Assembly: GCA_947625515.1 (NCBI GenBank)
Contig: CANQOO010000003.1
Location: 35,240 to 99,239, forward strand
Reading direction: 5' to 3'
Length of the DNA stretch: 64,000 nucleotides
Source: an uncultured Clostridia bacterium
GTDB lineage: Bacteria; Bacillota; Clostridia; Christensenellales; UBA1242
Shown here piece after piece: positions 19,739 through 30,832 of the stretch. The translations under genes and the position numbers were made by a program. The notes below the pieces were generated by a model that was not told the origin of the DNA, did no database searches, and was given only the letters and a program-made list of their open reading frames with translations. Within the stretch, counting starts at the first letter, position 1; every line of letters starts with the position of its first letter.

Positions 19739-20683
19739 TTATTTCTCGTCAACGCACTTTTTGATTTGTCGCAGCCATTTGGTCAGGGTGCCGTCCTCTA
19801 TGAGCAGTTTCAAAAGTCCTGGCTTGGATTTTTCGAGTTTAAGTACAAATGAAATGAGCTGCAACATATAGTCAAAATCTTTGTCCTTCATGACAATTTT
19901 TTTCAGGGAGTCGATGCTGCCGTCTGACTCAATGTTTTTTTCGGGCGACTTGACTTGAAATTCCTTGAAATCGTCAATGAAATTTTGCACATCTTCATCA
20001 TAAATCACGTGCGGGGTGTGAAGCACAATGTTGTCGATGGCGGTGTCGCCAGACCACTGTCCGGCACTGTCCATATCTTTGAAAATTTTGAGATATTTGA
20101 TGATTTTGTCATATATTTTTGCCCGCTCTTGCTCTTTTTTGAAACAGGACCAGCACAGGGCACGATATTTTTCGTCGCCGCCAATTTCAATTTCGCCGCC
20201 ATCCGTCACCAAAACGCCTTTCACGAAGCGGCCGTTCATGATGGCTTTTTTGCCGCATTCGCACACGCTCTTTATCTCCTGAATGCTGTCGGCAACTTCC
20301 AGAAGGCGTTTGCTGCCCTCAAAAAGTTCGCCCTTGAAATTGGTTTTCAGGCCGTAGCACAAAACAGGAACTTCCTCCGCAATTTCGCGAAGTTGGTCGA
20401 CCTGCTTTTTCGTGCAAAATTGGCACTCGTCCACAATGACGACCTGCACTTTGTCGGCTTGCTCAGTGTAAATATCCAGCAAATTTTCATTTTCCGCAAA
20501 AGCAAGGCACGGGGCAGACAGTCCGATGCGAGAAACCACCTCATTTTCCTTGAAACGGTTGTCGATTTTCGGCTTCATAAGCAGCACATTGATGTTTTTT
20601 TGAAGATAATTGAATCGGCACATCAGAGCGGATGCCGTTTTGGATGAACCCATCGCACCAAATTTATAATACAATTTTGCCAT
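19739..20683 (-). CDS. tdk: Thymidine kinase with extra C-terminal domain
   Basis: FGAMGSSKT, VDECQF, YGLKTNF..LFEGS, CECGKKA, IGGDEKYRALC, plus ~125 aa extension. Confidence 0.93.
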   Translation of the reverse strand: MAKLYYKFGAMGSSKTASALMCRFNYLQKNINVLLMKPKIDNRFKENEVVSRIGLSAPCLAFAENENLLDIYTEQADKVQVVIVDECQFCTKKQVDQLREIAEEVPVLCYGLKTNFKGELFEGSKRLLEVADSIQEIKSVCECGKKAIMNGRFVKGVLVTDGGEIEIGGDEKYRALCWSCFKKEQERAKIYDKIIKYLKIFKDMDSAGQWSGDTAIDNIVLHTPHVIYDEDVQNFIDDFKEFQVKSPEKNIESDGSIDSLKKIVMKDKDFDYMLQLISFVLKLEKSKPGLLKLLIEDGTLTKWLRQIKKCVDEK

Positions 20684-20934
20684 ATGACCTCTCCTTCTGC
20701 TTTTTGCGTTGTTGACACGTCTGTGCTTATGATATCAAATTCTTCCCAAAAATCAAAATGATTTATTCAAAGAAACAAAATGATTTTTTTTAAATTTTCT
20801 TCATGCGAAACTTCATGAAAAATCGGCAAACTGTTCGTGAGTGCGTAAAATCGCGAAAATTCTTTGCAAAAGAGAGAATTTTAGTGTAAAATATTTTCAA
20901 ACTATTTCGTTGCAGCTTTGTATTGGAGAAAAAA

Positions 20935-22746
20935 TTGAAAGACCTATCACATATCAGAAATTTTTGTATTATTGCACACATAGACCACGGCAAAAGCACG
21001 CTGGCAGACCGTTTGATTGAACTGACGGGGACCGTTTCCAAACGCGACATGCAGGACCAAATTCTGGACAGCATGGAATTGGAGAGGGAGAAGGGCATCA
21101 CCATCAAACTTGCTCCAACGCGGCTGGTGTATGAGCAGGACGGAAAGGAATATGTCCTCAACCTCATCGACACGCCGGGGCATGTTGACTTCACTTATGA
21201 AGTGTCGCGAAGTCTCGCTGCATGCGAGGGGGCACTGTTATTAGTGGACGCCTCTCAGGGGGTGGAGGCTCAGACGCTTGCAAACACATATCTTGCTTTG
21301 GACAACAATCTGGAAACCGTGCCGGTCATCAACAAAATTGACCTTCCTTCGGCTCGCGTTGACGAGGTGAAAGCGGAAATTGAAGAGGTGATTGGGCTGG
21401 ACGCCCACGATTGCCCGTGCATTTCCGCCAAGGACGGCACAAATGTTGAGGACGTTTTGAAGGCCATAATAGAAAAAATTCCTTCACCAAAAGGCGACGA
21501 CCAAAAGCCGCTTAAAGGGCTGATTTTCGACAGCCACTACGACAATTTTAAGGGGGCAATTTGCCTCATCCGCGTGTTTGATGGCACTGTGAAAGCCGGC
21601 GACAAAATTTTGATGATGCAAACAGGCAAACAGTTTGAGGTGACCGAGGTGGGCATTTTTGTGCCAAACACCAAACAGGTGGCACAGCTTTCTGCGGGAG
21701 ATGTGGGCTATATCGCCGCGTCAATCAAAACCATCGCGGACGTCAAGGTTGGCGACACAGTGACGTCGGCAGCCTGCCCGACAGAGAAGGCTCTGGAAGG
21801 ATATAAAGAGGTGCAGCCCGTGGTCTTTTGCGGCATTTTCACTGTGGACGGGGCAAAATATAATGACCTCAAAGACGCACTTGAAAAGTTGAAACTCAAT
21901 GACGCCAGTTTGAAATTTTCGCCGGAAGCTTCTGCGGCGTTGGGCTTTGGCTTTCGCTGCGGATTTTTGGGGCTGCTGCACCTTGAAATCATCACGGAAA
22001 GGCTGGAAAGAGAGTTTGATTTGGAAATCATCACCACCGCTCCAAGCGTGTCCTATCATGTTTTCAAGACAAACGGAGACATGCTGGAAATTTCCAATCC
22101 ATCCAATTTGCCTGCCCAGGTTGAAATTGACCGCATTGAAGAGCCGATTGTGCGGACAAGTATCTTCACTCCACCGGAATATGTCGGCTCAATCATGGAG
22201 TTGTGCCAAGACAAACGCGGGGTGTATAAAGACATGCAATATTTGGACAAGCAACGCGTGCAGTTGACATATATTTTGCCGCTGGGGGAAATTATTTATG
22301 ACTTTTTTGACAGCCTTAAATCCCGCACAAAGGGCTACGCAAGTTTTGACTATGAATTTGTTGGCTTTCAGCGAGCCGACCTTGTGAAAGTGGACCTGCT
22401 GCTTAATGGCGACAAGTGTGATGCACTTTCACTTATTGTGCATAAAGACAAAGCCTACACTCGCGGCAGAGAACTGACCGAACGCTTGAAAAAAATCATT
22501 CCGCATCAACTTTTTGAAGTGCCAATTCAGGCGTGCATCGGCAGTAAAATCATCGCCCGCGAAACAATTTCTGCCCTGAGAAAGGACGTGCTTGCGAAAT
22601 GCTATGGAGGCGACATAACAAGAAAACGCAAACTTTTGGAAAAGCAAAAAGAGGGCAAAAAGCGTATGCGAAAAATTGGCTCAGTGGAGATTCCGTCCGA
22701 GGCGTTTATGAGTATTTTGCGACTTGATGACGACAGCAACAAGTGA
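20935..22746 (+). CDS. lepA: Elongation factor 4
   Basis: [55 protein letters not shown]; TTG start after GGAG. Confidence 0.98.
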   Translation: MKDLSHIRNFCIIAHIDHGKSTLADRLIELTGTVSKRDMQDQILDSMELEREKGITIKLAPTRLVYEQDGKEYVLNLIDTPGHVDFTYEVSRSLAACEGALLLVDASQGVEAQTLANTYLALDNNLETVPVINKIDLPSARVDEVKAEIEEVIGLDAHDCPCISAKDGTNVEDVLKAIIEKIPSPKGDDQKPLKGLIFDSHYDNFKGAICLIRVFDGTVKAGDKILMMQTGKQFEVTEVGIFVPNTKQVAQLSAGDVGYIAASIKTIADVKVGDTVTSAACPTEKALEGYKEVQPVVFCGIFTVDGAKYNDLKDALEKLKLNDASLKFSPEASAALGFGFRCGFLGLLHLEIITERLEREFDLEIITTAPSVSYHVFKTNGDMLEISNPSNLPAQVEIDRIEEPIVRTSIFTPPEYVGSIMELCQDKRGVYKDMQYLDKQRVQLTYILPLGEIIYDFFDSLKSRTKGYASFDYEFVGFQRADLVKVDLLLNGDKCDALSLIVHKDKAYTRGRELTERLKKIIPHQLFEVPIQACIGSKIIARETISALRKDVLAKCYGGDITRKRKLLEKQKEGKKRMRKIGSVEIPSEAFMSILRLDDDSNK

Positions 22747-22754
22747 TGCTTTTG

Positions 22755-22819
22755 TGCATAACACCGCAATATGCATGGTGTTATGCATGCATAATACACC
22801 ATATTTTGTGTATTATGCA
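22755..22819. repeat. Dispersed palindromic element copy 2
   Basis: TGCATAACACC-N11-GGTGTTATGCA directly followed by TGCATAATACAC-CATATTTT-GTGTATTATGCA (perfect 11- and 12-bp arms). Confidence 0.9.
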
Positions 22820-22922
22820 AATAAAAAGTTTTTGGCCAAATATTTGGATTAGTTCATATTTGATGTTTGGAAGACAAAATTTTTGAGGCTATGAATTTTG
22901 GATGCTATTAAATTTGGAGGCT

Positions 22923-24026
22923 ATGAAAAAAGACATTTCAATTTATGTTCACATTCCTTTTTGCGAGAGAAAGTGCAAATATTGTGCTTTCAATTCTTTT
23001 TGTGCGACCGAGCATGAGAAGGAAGAATATATCGGCCTTTTATGCAGAGAGATTGAATCGCGTGCGAAAGATGTTTCACAAGAATATGCTGTGCGAACCA
23101 TCTATTTTGGCGGAGGAACGCCGAGCGTTTTAAGCCCTCAGCAATTTGAGCGGGTGACTTCCACAATTTTTGAGTGTTTTGATGTCTATGACAATGCGGA
23201 GTTCACTGTTGAGGCCAATCCCAGCAGCATCACTCCGGAAAAACTTGAAAAATGGAAGCAGTTGAGGGTGAATCGGCTCAGCATTGGCATTCAAACTTTA
23301 AAAGATAAATCGTTGGCACAAATTGGGCGTCTGCACTCTCGTGAAATGGCACTGGAAAAATTGAAATTGGCAAGAAAACTTTTTGACAATGTCTCTTGCG
23401 ACTTGATTGTTGGGCTGGAAGGACAAAGCGGCAAGCAAATCTGCGGCGAGGCGAAAGAACTTTTGTCGCTTGGCGTGAAACATATATCTTGCTATTTGCT
23501 GGAAGTTTATCCAAACACGCCGCTTTTTCATATGATTTCAAACGGGCAGTTTTCGCCTCTTTCGGACGAAGATGTTGTTGCGACATTCAACAAATTGGCG
23601 ACCTATTTGCAAGATGCCGGCATGCAAAGATATGAAATTTCCAATTTCGCTTTCCCGGGCTATGAAAGTCGCCATAATCTCAATTATTGGTCGCGAGGGG
23701 AATATCTGGGCTTTGGGATTTCCGCCCACTCTTTCTTGCATGGCAAGCGGACGGAAAATGCCGCAACGGTGGCAGATTATCGTGACGGCAAAGTGACGGC
23801 AGAAACGCTTTCGCCTCGCGAAGAAGACGAGGAAAAAATTATGCTGGGCTTGCGTTGCAACCTTGGTTTTCGTCTTTCAGATTTAAAAGCGATTGACCTT
23901 GAAAAAAATCCGTATTTTGCTGACTATCTTGGTCAGGGGATTTTGCGTCGCTCAGGCGGCGTAGTGACGCTTAATCCGCTTTTTTATCACCTCTCAAACA
24001 CTATAATTTCCAATTTGTTTGGGTGA
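22923..24026 (+). CDS. hemW: Radical SAM heme chaperone HemW (HemN-like)
   Basis: YVHIPFCERKCKYCAF, YFGGGTPS, YEISNF, HNLNYW; follows lepA. Confidence 0.9.
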   Translation: MKKDISIYVHIPFCERKCKYCAFNSFCATEHEKEEYIGLLCREIESRAKDVSQEYAVRTIYFGGGTPSVLSPQQFERVTSTIFECFDVYDNAEFTVEANPSSITPEKLEKWKQLRVNRLSIGIQTLKDKSLAQIGRLHSREMALEKLKLARKLFDNVSCDLIVGLEGQSGKQICGEAKELLSLGVKHISCYLLEVYPNTPLFHMISNGQFSPLSDEDVVATFNKLATYLQDAGMQRYEISNFAFPGYESRHNLNYWSRGEYLGFGISAHSFLHGKRTENAATVADYRDGKVTAETLSPREEDEEKIMLGLRCNLGFRLSDLKAIDLEKNPYFADYLGQGILRRSGGVVTLNPLFYHLSNTIISNLFG

Positions 24027-24282
24027 GTTTTTTGATTTAATTCATTATTCATGAGCAAGTAATTATTCATGAGCGAGATTTTGTTTTATTGATAATGTTT
24101 TTAAAAATACTGCATATGAACGGTGTGTTTTTTAAAATTTTTATTGCATTTGAATAAAATTTTCAATTTGCCAATTTTATTTTGCAAAATTGCTTGCTTT
24201 TTTAAATTTGATGTGATATAATCAGGTTTGTAAAGCGAAAATGCTTGACATTTATCTGCCGCATGGCTTAAAATGGTGGGCG

Positions 24283-24669
24283 ATGGCAAAGTTTCAACTG
24301 CAAGATTTTGTGCAATATGGTCAGATGTTTGAGGCTTATCGCTCTCTTTTGAGTGACGATAGACAGGCCATCATGGCGGATTATTTTGAGTTTAACGCAA
24401 CTCTGGCGGAAATTGCGGAAGAGCGAAAAATTTCCCGTCAAGCGGTGCTTGATGCCATCGAAAAGTCGTGTGAAAAGCTGCAAGGTTACGAAAACGCGTT
24501 GCATCTTGTGGCAAATCGCAGCAGGATTACGAAAGAGCTGAAAGACATCCATAAAATTTCAAGTGACGCCCTTGCGAAGGGTCACAGCACTGAAAATGCC
24601 TTGCCCGCACTTGAAACTACACTTGAAAAAATCTCTGAAAAAGTCGAAAACATTCTGAAAGAAATTTAA
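24283..24669 (+). CDS. ylxM: YlxM family SRP-associated HTH protein
   Basis: YRSLLSDDRQ..TLAEIAEERKISRQAVLD; directly upstream of ffh. Confidence 0.85.
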   Translation: MAKFQLQDFVQYGQMFEAYRSLLSDDRQAIMADYFEFNATLAEIAEERKISRQAVLDAIEKSCEKLQGYENALHLVANRSRITKELKDIHKISSDALAKGHSTENALPALETTLEKISEKVENILKEI

Positions 24670-24685
24670 ATCAGGAGGCTGAAAA

Positions 24686-25999
24686 GTGGCGATATTTTCT
24701 TCCTTATCCGAAAAATTTAATCACATCTTTTCAAAACTGACCAAACGTGGCAAGCTGACTGAATTGGAAATTAAAGAAGCAATGCGTGAAGTGCGAATTG
24801 CCCTTTTGGAGGCTGACGTCAACTATTTGGTTGCGAAAAAGTTTGTTGCGGATGTTTCAGAGAAGGCCATGGGCGAGGACGTTATGAAAAGTCTTACGCC
24901 GGGGCAAATGGTCATCAAAATTGTGCGTGACGAGCTGACAAAACTTATTTCGTCCGACAATCAAAAACTTGCCGTTTCGTCCAATCCTCCAACCGTCATC
25001 ATGATGTGCGGGTTGCAAGGTGCGGGCAAGACCACAATGTGCGGAAAACTTGCATATCATCTTAAAAAATCCGGCAAAAAACCTTTGCTCGTGGCGTGCG
25101 ACATATATCGACCTGCGGCAATCAACCAACTTCAAGTTGTGGGCAAAACGGCAAATGCCGAGGTGTTTGAACGCGGCACGCAAAACCCTGTTAAGACTGC
25201 AAAACAAGCCATTGAACATGCCAAGAAACAGGGCTTCGACACGGTGATTATCGACACCGCCGGGCGACTTCACATCAATCAAGAGTTGATGGAAGAGTTG
25301 AAAGAAATCAAAAAAGAAGTTCATCCGACCGAAATTTTGCTTGTTGTGGACTCAATGACTGGTCAGGACGCCGTCACCATCGCAGAAAGTTTCAACAACG
25401 ACCTCGACATTTCCGGCGTTGTGCTGACAAAACTGGACGGCGACACTCGCGGCGGTGCAGCACTTTCGATTAAGGCCATCACCGGCAAGCCAATCAAATT
25501 TTCTGGCGTTGGCGAAAAAATTGGCGACCTTGAACCGTTCTATCCAGACCGCATCGCCAGCCGAATTTTGGGGATGGGCGACGTATTATCGCTTATCGAG
25601 CGTGCCGAAGAGGTTGTCACCGAAGAACAAGCCAAAGAGATGCAGCAAAAACTTCGCGAAAATTCATTCACTTTTGAGGACTATCTTGTTCAAATGGAAA
25701 GTTTGAAGAAGATGGGCGGCATAAAGGATGTTTTGGGCATGATTCCGGGGCTTTCCGGCAAAATGAAAAACATCCAAATTGACGAAAAGCAACTGGAAGT
25801 GAACAAGGCAATCATCCAAAGCATGACGCGGGAAGAGCGGCTGAATCCGGACATCATTAAGGCAAGCCGCAGGAAAAGAATTGCGGACGGCAGCGGCACA
25901 AGCATTCAGCAAGTGAACTCGCTTTTGAAGCAGTTTGAGCAGAGCAAGGAAATGATGAAAATGCTTAAAGGTAAACGCGGCATGCGGGGAATGTTTTAA
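24686..25999 (+). CDS. ffh: Signal recognition particle protein
   Basis: GLQGAGKTT, DTAGRL, TKLDGDTRGGAALS, SRRKRIADGSG. Confidence 0.98.
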   Translation: MAIFSSLSEKFNHIFSKLTKRGKLTELEIKEAMREVRIALLEADVNYLVAKKFVADVSEKAMGEDVMKSLTPGQMVIKIVRDELTKLISSDNQKLAVSSNPPTVIMMCGLQGAGKTTMCGKLAYHLKKSGKKPLLVACDIYRPAAINQLQVVGKTANAEVFERGTQNPVKTAKQAIEHAKKQGFDTVIIDTAGRLHINQELMEELKEIKKEVHPTEILLVVDSMTGQDAVTIAESFNNDLDISGVVLTKLDGDTRGGAALSIKAITGKPIKFSGVGEKIGDLEPFYPDRIASRILGMGDVLSLIERAEEVVTEEQAKEMQQKLRENSFTFEDYLVQMESLKKMGGIKDVLGMIPGLSGKMKNIQIDEKQLEVNKAIIQSMTREERLNPDIIKASRRKRIADGSGTSIQQVNSLLKQFEQSKEMMKMLKGKRGMRGMF

Positions 26000-26240
26000 G
26001 AAAATATTGAAAAATTCGTGCAAACAAAGCGGAAAATTCGAATAAACAAATGCGAACATTTTCGAATGACGAAACATCCAAATCATAACATTCAAAACAA
26101 CTATGGGCGTTTGAAAATTTCATGACTAAATACATCACTGATATATCTCAAAACGCAAGTTTTGTTATATATACGAAAGAGACATCTTTGACATTTTCAA
26201 AAGACAAATCTTTCAAAAATCTAAAAAAGGAGAAAAGAAA

Positions 26241-26498
26241 ATGGCAGTCAAAATCAGACTTACAAGAATGGGAGACAAAAAAGCACCTTTCTATCGCGTT
26301 GTTGTCGCTGACAGCAGAAGCCCAAGAGATGGAAAATATATTGACCTTCTCGGGACATATAACCCTCTTACAAATCCTGCTGAAATCAAGATTGACAACG
26401 AAAAAGCAGCACAATGGCTTAAAAATGGTGCAACTCCAACAGAAACAGCAAAATCTGTGCTTGTAAAAAGCGGTGCAATCAAAACTGAGAACAAATAA
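26241..26498 (+). CDS. rpsP: 30S ribosomal protein S16
   Basis: [31 protein letters not shown]. Confidence 0.98.
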   Translation: MAVKIRLTRMGDKKAPFYRVVVADSRSPRDGKYIDLLGTYNPLTNPAEIKIDNEKAAQWLKNGATPTETAKSVLVKSGAIKTENK

Positions 26499-26556
26499 AG
26501 TCTTATTTGTTTTGCGTGTTGCACGGAAAATTATATCTTGAAAACAGGAGAAAATA

Positions 26557-26787
26557 ATGGAACAACTTCTGAAATTCCTTGTGGAAAGTTTGGTGGACGA
26601 CAAAAATGCCGTTCAAATTTCCAGAGAGGATGACGAAAGGTCGGTCACATTTCGCGTGAAGGTCGCTGAAAACGACATCGGCAAAGTGATTGGCAAAAAT
26701 GGCAAGACGGCAAACAGCATTCGCACAATACTCAAATCCGTCAGTGCCAGAGAACACAAAAAAATCTTTGTCAAATTTGAGGATTGA
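26557..26787 (+). CDS. khpA: KH-domain RNA-binding protein
   Basis: DIGKVIGKNGKTANSIRT; between rpsP and rimM. Confidence 0.9.
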   Translation: MEQLLKFLVESLVDDKNAVQISREDDERSVTFRVKVAENDIGKVIGKNGKTANSIRTILKSVSAREHKKIFVKFED

Positions 26788-26788
26788 C

Positions 26789-27304
26789 ATGACGCAAAAC
26801 GTGACGGATAATTTTGTTTACGTTGGAAAAATCATCAAACCGCAGGGCATCAAGGGCGAAGTTAAAATTTTGCCCGCAGTCGATATCCCTGCGATTTTTA
26901 ATGGCAAACATCCGCTTTTTGTGGAAAAAGTGGAGATGAAAATTCAGCATGCAAGTTTTCGCCTTGGATATGGCTATGTGAAGTTTGCAGAAATTGCTGA
27001 CCGAAATGCTGCGGAAAAATTTCGTGCGAAAAAAGTGTATATCACCCGCGACGAATTTAAAAAAGTGGCGTCCGACGACTTTCTGATTGACGAGCTTGTT
27101 GGCAGCGTGCTTTGCGATGAGAAAGGCGAGATGGTGGGGCAAATTATGGGCGTGACTGACTATGGCTTTGATGACATTCTCATCATCAAAGAGGACGGGA
27201 TTTTGTATGAAGTGCCGTTCCGCAAGGCGATTTTTCAGGTGCAAGATGGCACGCTCTCGGTCATCCGTGCGGAATATGAGGGTGCCAAGGTGGTGCAGGA
27301 ATGA
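26789..27304 (+). CDS. rimM: 16S rRNA processing protein RimM
   Basis: VGKIIKPQGIKGEVKI, DRNAAE, LVGSVL. Confidence 0.9.
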   Translation: MTQNVTDNFVYVGKIIKPQGIKGEVKILPAVDIPAIFNGKHPLFVEKVEMKIQHASFRLGYGYVKFAEIADRNAAEKFRAKKVYITRDEFKKVASDDFLIDELVGSVLCDEKGEMVGQIMGVTDYGFDDILIIKEDGILYEVPFRKAIFQVQDGTLSVIRAEYEGAKVVQE

Positions 27305-28224
27305 GGAAGGAGGAGCAAACTGGCATCACGGCGGGCGTGACTGATGCCGCTGACTCAAATGGAATGGTCGGCACCACGGGCATCACTGAAATGAGCGGCA
27401 GGTGTGGCACAATCGGCACAGGCAATGTGGCGGACACATGCGATATGGCTGGGGCAGTTGGAGTAGAAGTGACTGAAAAAACGCCGATGAGGATTGACAT
27501 TCTCACACTTTTTCCGGAAAGTTTCGCCCCACTGCAAACAAGCATTATTGGGCGAGCGGTGGAAAGAGGAACACTGAAAATAAACATTGTCAATATCCGA
27601 GATTTTTCCAAGGATAGACACAAAAAATGTGATGACACGCCATTTGGCGGTGGTGCTGGAATGCTTATGACAGTCCAGCCGATTTTTGACGCCATAAATT
27701 CGCTGCTCAGCGACGAGGAAAAAGACTTGCTGAAAAAAGAAGCGGAAAGGGGCGTGAAAAATAGAAAAAACAAGGATTCTTCCGTCAGAATAATCTTCCC
27801 TTCTCCGATTGGGCAGGTGCTGTCTGCAAAGAAAGCTGAGGCACTTTCAACATTCAAACACCTCATTTTTGTCTGCGGTCACTATGAAGGTGTGGACGAG
27901 CGGCTGTTTCAACTTTTTCCGATTGAGCAAATTTCAATCGGCGACTATGTTCTGACCGGCGGCGAATTGCCGACAATGGTGATTGCTGACTGTTTGTCCC
28001 GTTTTGTGGATGGAGTCATTTCACCGGAAAGTTTGGAGAGCGAAAGTTTCTCCAATGGGCTTTTGGAATATCCGCAATACACCAAGCCACGTGTTTTTCA
28101 AGGGCTGTCTGTGCCGGATGTTTTGCTGTCTGGCAATCACCAGGAGATTGACAAATGGAGAGAGGCCCAAAGCCTTAAACGCACGCAGGTGTTGCGTAAA
28201 GATTTGCTTAGGAAGAAGAAATAG
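27301..28224 (+). CDS. trmD: tRNA (guanine-37-N1)-methyltransferase; canonical start at 27487, possible 62-aa N-terminal extension
   Basis: MRIDILTLFPE, DDTPFGGGAGM, CGHYEGVDER, SIGDYVLTGGE, LLEYPQYT. Confidence 0.96.
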   Translation: MRKEEQTGITAGVTDAADSNGMVGTTGITEMSGRCGTIGTGNVADTCDMAGAVGVEVTEKTPMRIDILTLFPESFAPLQTSIIGRAVERGTLKINIVNIRDFSKDRHKKCDDTPFGGGAGMLMTVQPIFDAINSLLSDEEKDLLKKEAERGVKNRKNKDSSVRIIFPSPIGQVLSAKKAEALSTFKHLIFVCGHYEGVDERLFQLFPIEQISIGDYVLTGGELPTMVIADCLSRFVDGVISPESLESESFSNGLLEYPQYTKPRVFQGLSVPDVLLSGNHQEIDKWREAQSLKRTQVLRKDLLRKKK

Positions 28225-28246
28225 AAAGAGGCAACAAAATTTTAAT

Positions 28247-28304
28247 TGCACAATATGTGGTGTATTATGCACTGCATACTACGCTTTATATGGTGTATTA
28301 TGCA
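28247..28304. repeat. Dispersed palindromic element copy 3
   Basis: GCACAATATGTGGTGT-ATTATGCA-C-TGCATACT-ACGCTTTATATGGTGT-ATTATGCA; boxes 33 bp apart. Confidence 0.85.
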
Positions 28305-28468
28305 TTAAATTCTGCTTGTTCTTCTTGCATTTCGGACTTGGCAATGAATTTGAAAACATGCATTAAGAAAAGAGAAGTCTGGATGTGATAATTTAAAAAC
28401 GTGGCAAAATAAAATGAAAAAAATTCGGATTTGAGAAATTTAAAAAATGAAGAAAAAAGGAAAGAAAG

Positions 28469-29359
28469 ATGAAAATTAACTGGTTTCCAGGACATATGAA
28501 TAAGGCGTTGAAGGACATTGGAGAAGAATTGAAAAAAGTTGATGTGGTCACCTATGTTCTTGACGCACGCATTCCAATTTCGTCCTTCAATCCAAGTCTG
28601 GACAAACTTACCGAAAACAAGCCAGTTTTGTATGTTCTTAATAAGATTGACATGGCAGACGAAGCGAAAGTCAAAAAGTTTTTGCCGAGTTTTTCTGGAA
28701 AATCACGCGATTTTGTGCTTTACAACAGCACTCTTTCTGGCAAAAGTGACGCAATTTTGGCGAAAATTAAGAAACTGGCGAGCGAAAAAATTGAGAAATA
28801 CCGTGCCAAAGGCGTGAAAGCGACCGTTCGCACTATGGTTGTCGGCATCCCGAACTGTGGCAAAAGCACCCTCGTCAACAATTTGTGTCGGAAGGCCAAG
28901 ACCATGACAGGTGACCGTGCGGGCGTAACAAAACGCGGGCAGTGGGTGAGTGTTGGCGACTGCATTGAGGTGTATGACACGCCGGGAACGCTGTATCCAA
29001 ACATCGCCAATCAGGACATTGCGAAAAAACTGGCATATGTAGGCAGCGTGCGGGACGAGATTTTGGATTTTGTGGAACTTGGTGCAGAATTTGTGGGTTG
29101 CATAAACAAAACCTATCCAAATGTTTTGGAAAAACGCTACGGAATTGACCTTTCAAAAGCGGATAATTTAAATCCTCAGCTTGATGAAATTGAAAATTCG
29201 ATTGAAGAAATTGAAAATCCGAACTTTCAAACTTTGGCTAAAATTGCAAAAATAAGAAAGTTTGTTTCAAACGGTGGCGAATTTGACATCGAACGTGCGG
29301 GCAGAAGTTTGATTGACGATTTTCGCAAAGGTCGTCTTGGCAGGTTGACTTTGGATTAA
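28469..29359 (+). CDS. rbgA: Ribosome biogenesis GTPase RbgA/YlqF
   Basis: INWFPGHM, DARIP, NKID, GIPNCGKST, DTPG, DFRKGRLG. Confidence 0.96.
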   Translation: MKINWFPGHMNKALKDIGEELKKVDVVTYVLDARIPISSFNPSLDKLTENKPVLYVLNKIDMADEAKVKKFLPSFSGKSRDFVLYNSTLSGKSDAILAKIKKLASEKIEKYRAKGVKATVRTMVVGIPNCGKSTLVNNLCRKAKTMTGDRAGVTKRGQWVSVGDCIEVYDTPGTLYPNIANQDIAKKLAYVGSVRDEILDFVELGAEFVGCINKTYPNVLEKRYGIDLSKADNLNPQLDEIENSIEEIENPNFQTLAKIAKIRKFVSNGGEFDIERAGRSLIDDFRKGRLGRLTLD

Positions 29360-29553
29360 AATGCGGCTGAAACTTTTCAAAGCATGTTCAAAATGGGCAT
29401 ATTCAAGGTGGGCAGGCTTATTAGAAAGCAAAAAATTTATGCAGTAAATATTCGAACAACAATGTTTAAAATTTAATTAAATTTTGCGTTTAATTTCTTA
29501 TTTTGCAATGCGGAATTTCGTTCGTTTATATAACAAATTCATGGGGGATTGAG

Positions 29554-29925
29554 ATGGATAATCCTTACACAAAAGATCTGGCTAAAATGCGGAACAAAAT
29601 TGAGGGCGACATGGGTGAAACGCGTGCCGTCCAATTTTTGCGTGGGAAGGGTTATCGCATTTTGCAGACAAACTATAAGACCAAATTTGGCGAGATTGAT
29701 ATCATTGCCCAGGACGGCAAGGTGATTGTTTTTGTGGAGGTTAAAGAGCGGGCGACGCTTGCGTATGGGCGGCCGATTGAGGCGGTGAACTTTCAAAAAC
29801 AGCAGAAAATCAGGCGGGTGGCAGAGTTTTATCTTATGATGAAGCACAGCCCCTACGCGGACTGCCGCTTCGACGTTATTGAAATTCTTGGCGACAGCAT
29901 TAATCACGAAACCAACGCTTTCTGA
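29554..29925 (+). CDS. YraN family (UPF0102) nuclease-like protein
   Basis: GEIDIIA..VFVEVKER and RFDVIEI. Confidence 0.9.
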   Translation: MDNPYTKDLAKMRNKIEGDMGETRAVQFLRGKGYRILQTNYKTKFGEIDIIAQDGKVIVFVEVKERATLAYGRPIEAVNFQKQQKIRRVAEFYLMMKHSPYADCRFDVIEILGDSINHETNAF

Positions 29926-30131
29926 GAAGATGCGTCCTCAAATTTTATGTTAACATTTCAAAAATTCATATTTTTATGTCCTGAGCTACATATTTTTTCA
30001 CTGATTTTCAAATTCGTATCATATTTTCTTTTGTTTGAGAATTTACAAGCCAATTTTTTAAGGATGTTTCTGGAGATAAATTTGTTTTTATCTTTTTTTA
30101 ATAAATTTCTTAAAAAACTTTGCAAAAAGTC

Positions 30132-30329
30132 TTGCTTTTCCAATTTCGAGTGTGCTATAATGATGAGGACTTCGGGTGTTCCGCTGGGTTGTTCGCGAAA
30201 TTTTTTGCAGATATTGCCTCTTGGGGCGTCTGAAATTCGCAAAGTCCAATGGATGCAACTTTTGGATTCAACTTTGAAAATCCATGGTCAAATAATTTTG
30301 GACAGAAACCTTATGAGCATCATGTCGAA
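30132..30329 (+). promoter_or_regulatory. rplS promoter and L19-leader-like RNA with expanded interior
   Basis: TTGCTT-18-TATAAT with extended-10 TG; GGTGTTCCGCTG (30175-30186) can pair with GAGCATC (30315-30321). Confidence 0.6.
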
Positions 30330-30353
30330 AATCTGAAAAAAGGAGATAAGTCA

Positions 30354-30701
30354 ATGGCAAATTTAATCGACCAACTTGAACGCGAAGGCATGAAAGAAAC
30401 AATTCCTTCATTCGCAATCGGTGACACTGTGAAAGTGACAGTTCGCATCAAAGAAGGCGACAAAGAAAGATTGCAGGCTTTTGAAGGCGTTGTCATTTCA
30501 AGAAAGAACGGCGGAATTCGCGAAACCTTCACCGTAAGAAAAATTTCCTACGGCGTTGGCGTGGAAAAAACTTTCCCAATTCATTCACCAAAAATCGCTT
30601 CAATTGAAGTGGTGAGAAAAGGTCGTCCAAGAAGAGCAAAACTCTATTATGTTCGTGACCTCACCGGAAAGGCTGCAAAAGTTAAATCCGCTGAAAACTA
30701 A
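30354..30701 (+). CDS. rplS: 50S ribosomal protein L19
   Basis: [42 protein letters not shown]. Confidence 0.98.
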   Translation: MANLIDQLEREGMKETIPSFAIGDTVKVTVRIKEGDKERLQAFEGVVISRKNGGIRETFTVRKISYGVGVEKTFPIHSPKIASIEVVRKGRPRRAKLYYVRDLTGKAAKVKSAEN

Positions 30702-30723
30702 TTCGCACAGTTTAAGAAAAGAT

Positions 30724-30751
30724 AAGAGAGCGTTTTCGCTTTCTTTTTTTT
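30724..30751 (+). terminator. Intrinsic terminator after rplS
   Basis: AAGAGAGCG-TTTT-CGCTTTCTT followed by a T-run. Confidence 0.7.
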
Positions 30752-30832
30752 GTTTTAATTTTTAACGAATTTTCTTGTTAAAAATTTTAAATTTCTTGAC
30801 AAATTTGACCTTAAATGTGATATTATATGAAT

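Noticed and set aside
22755-22819. Palindromic ~33-bp units as a CRISPR array
   Set aside because: Units occur only in pairs, abut without unique spacers, are dispersed, and no cas gene is present.
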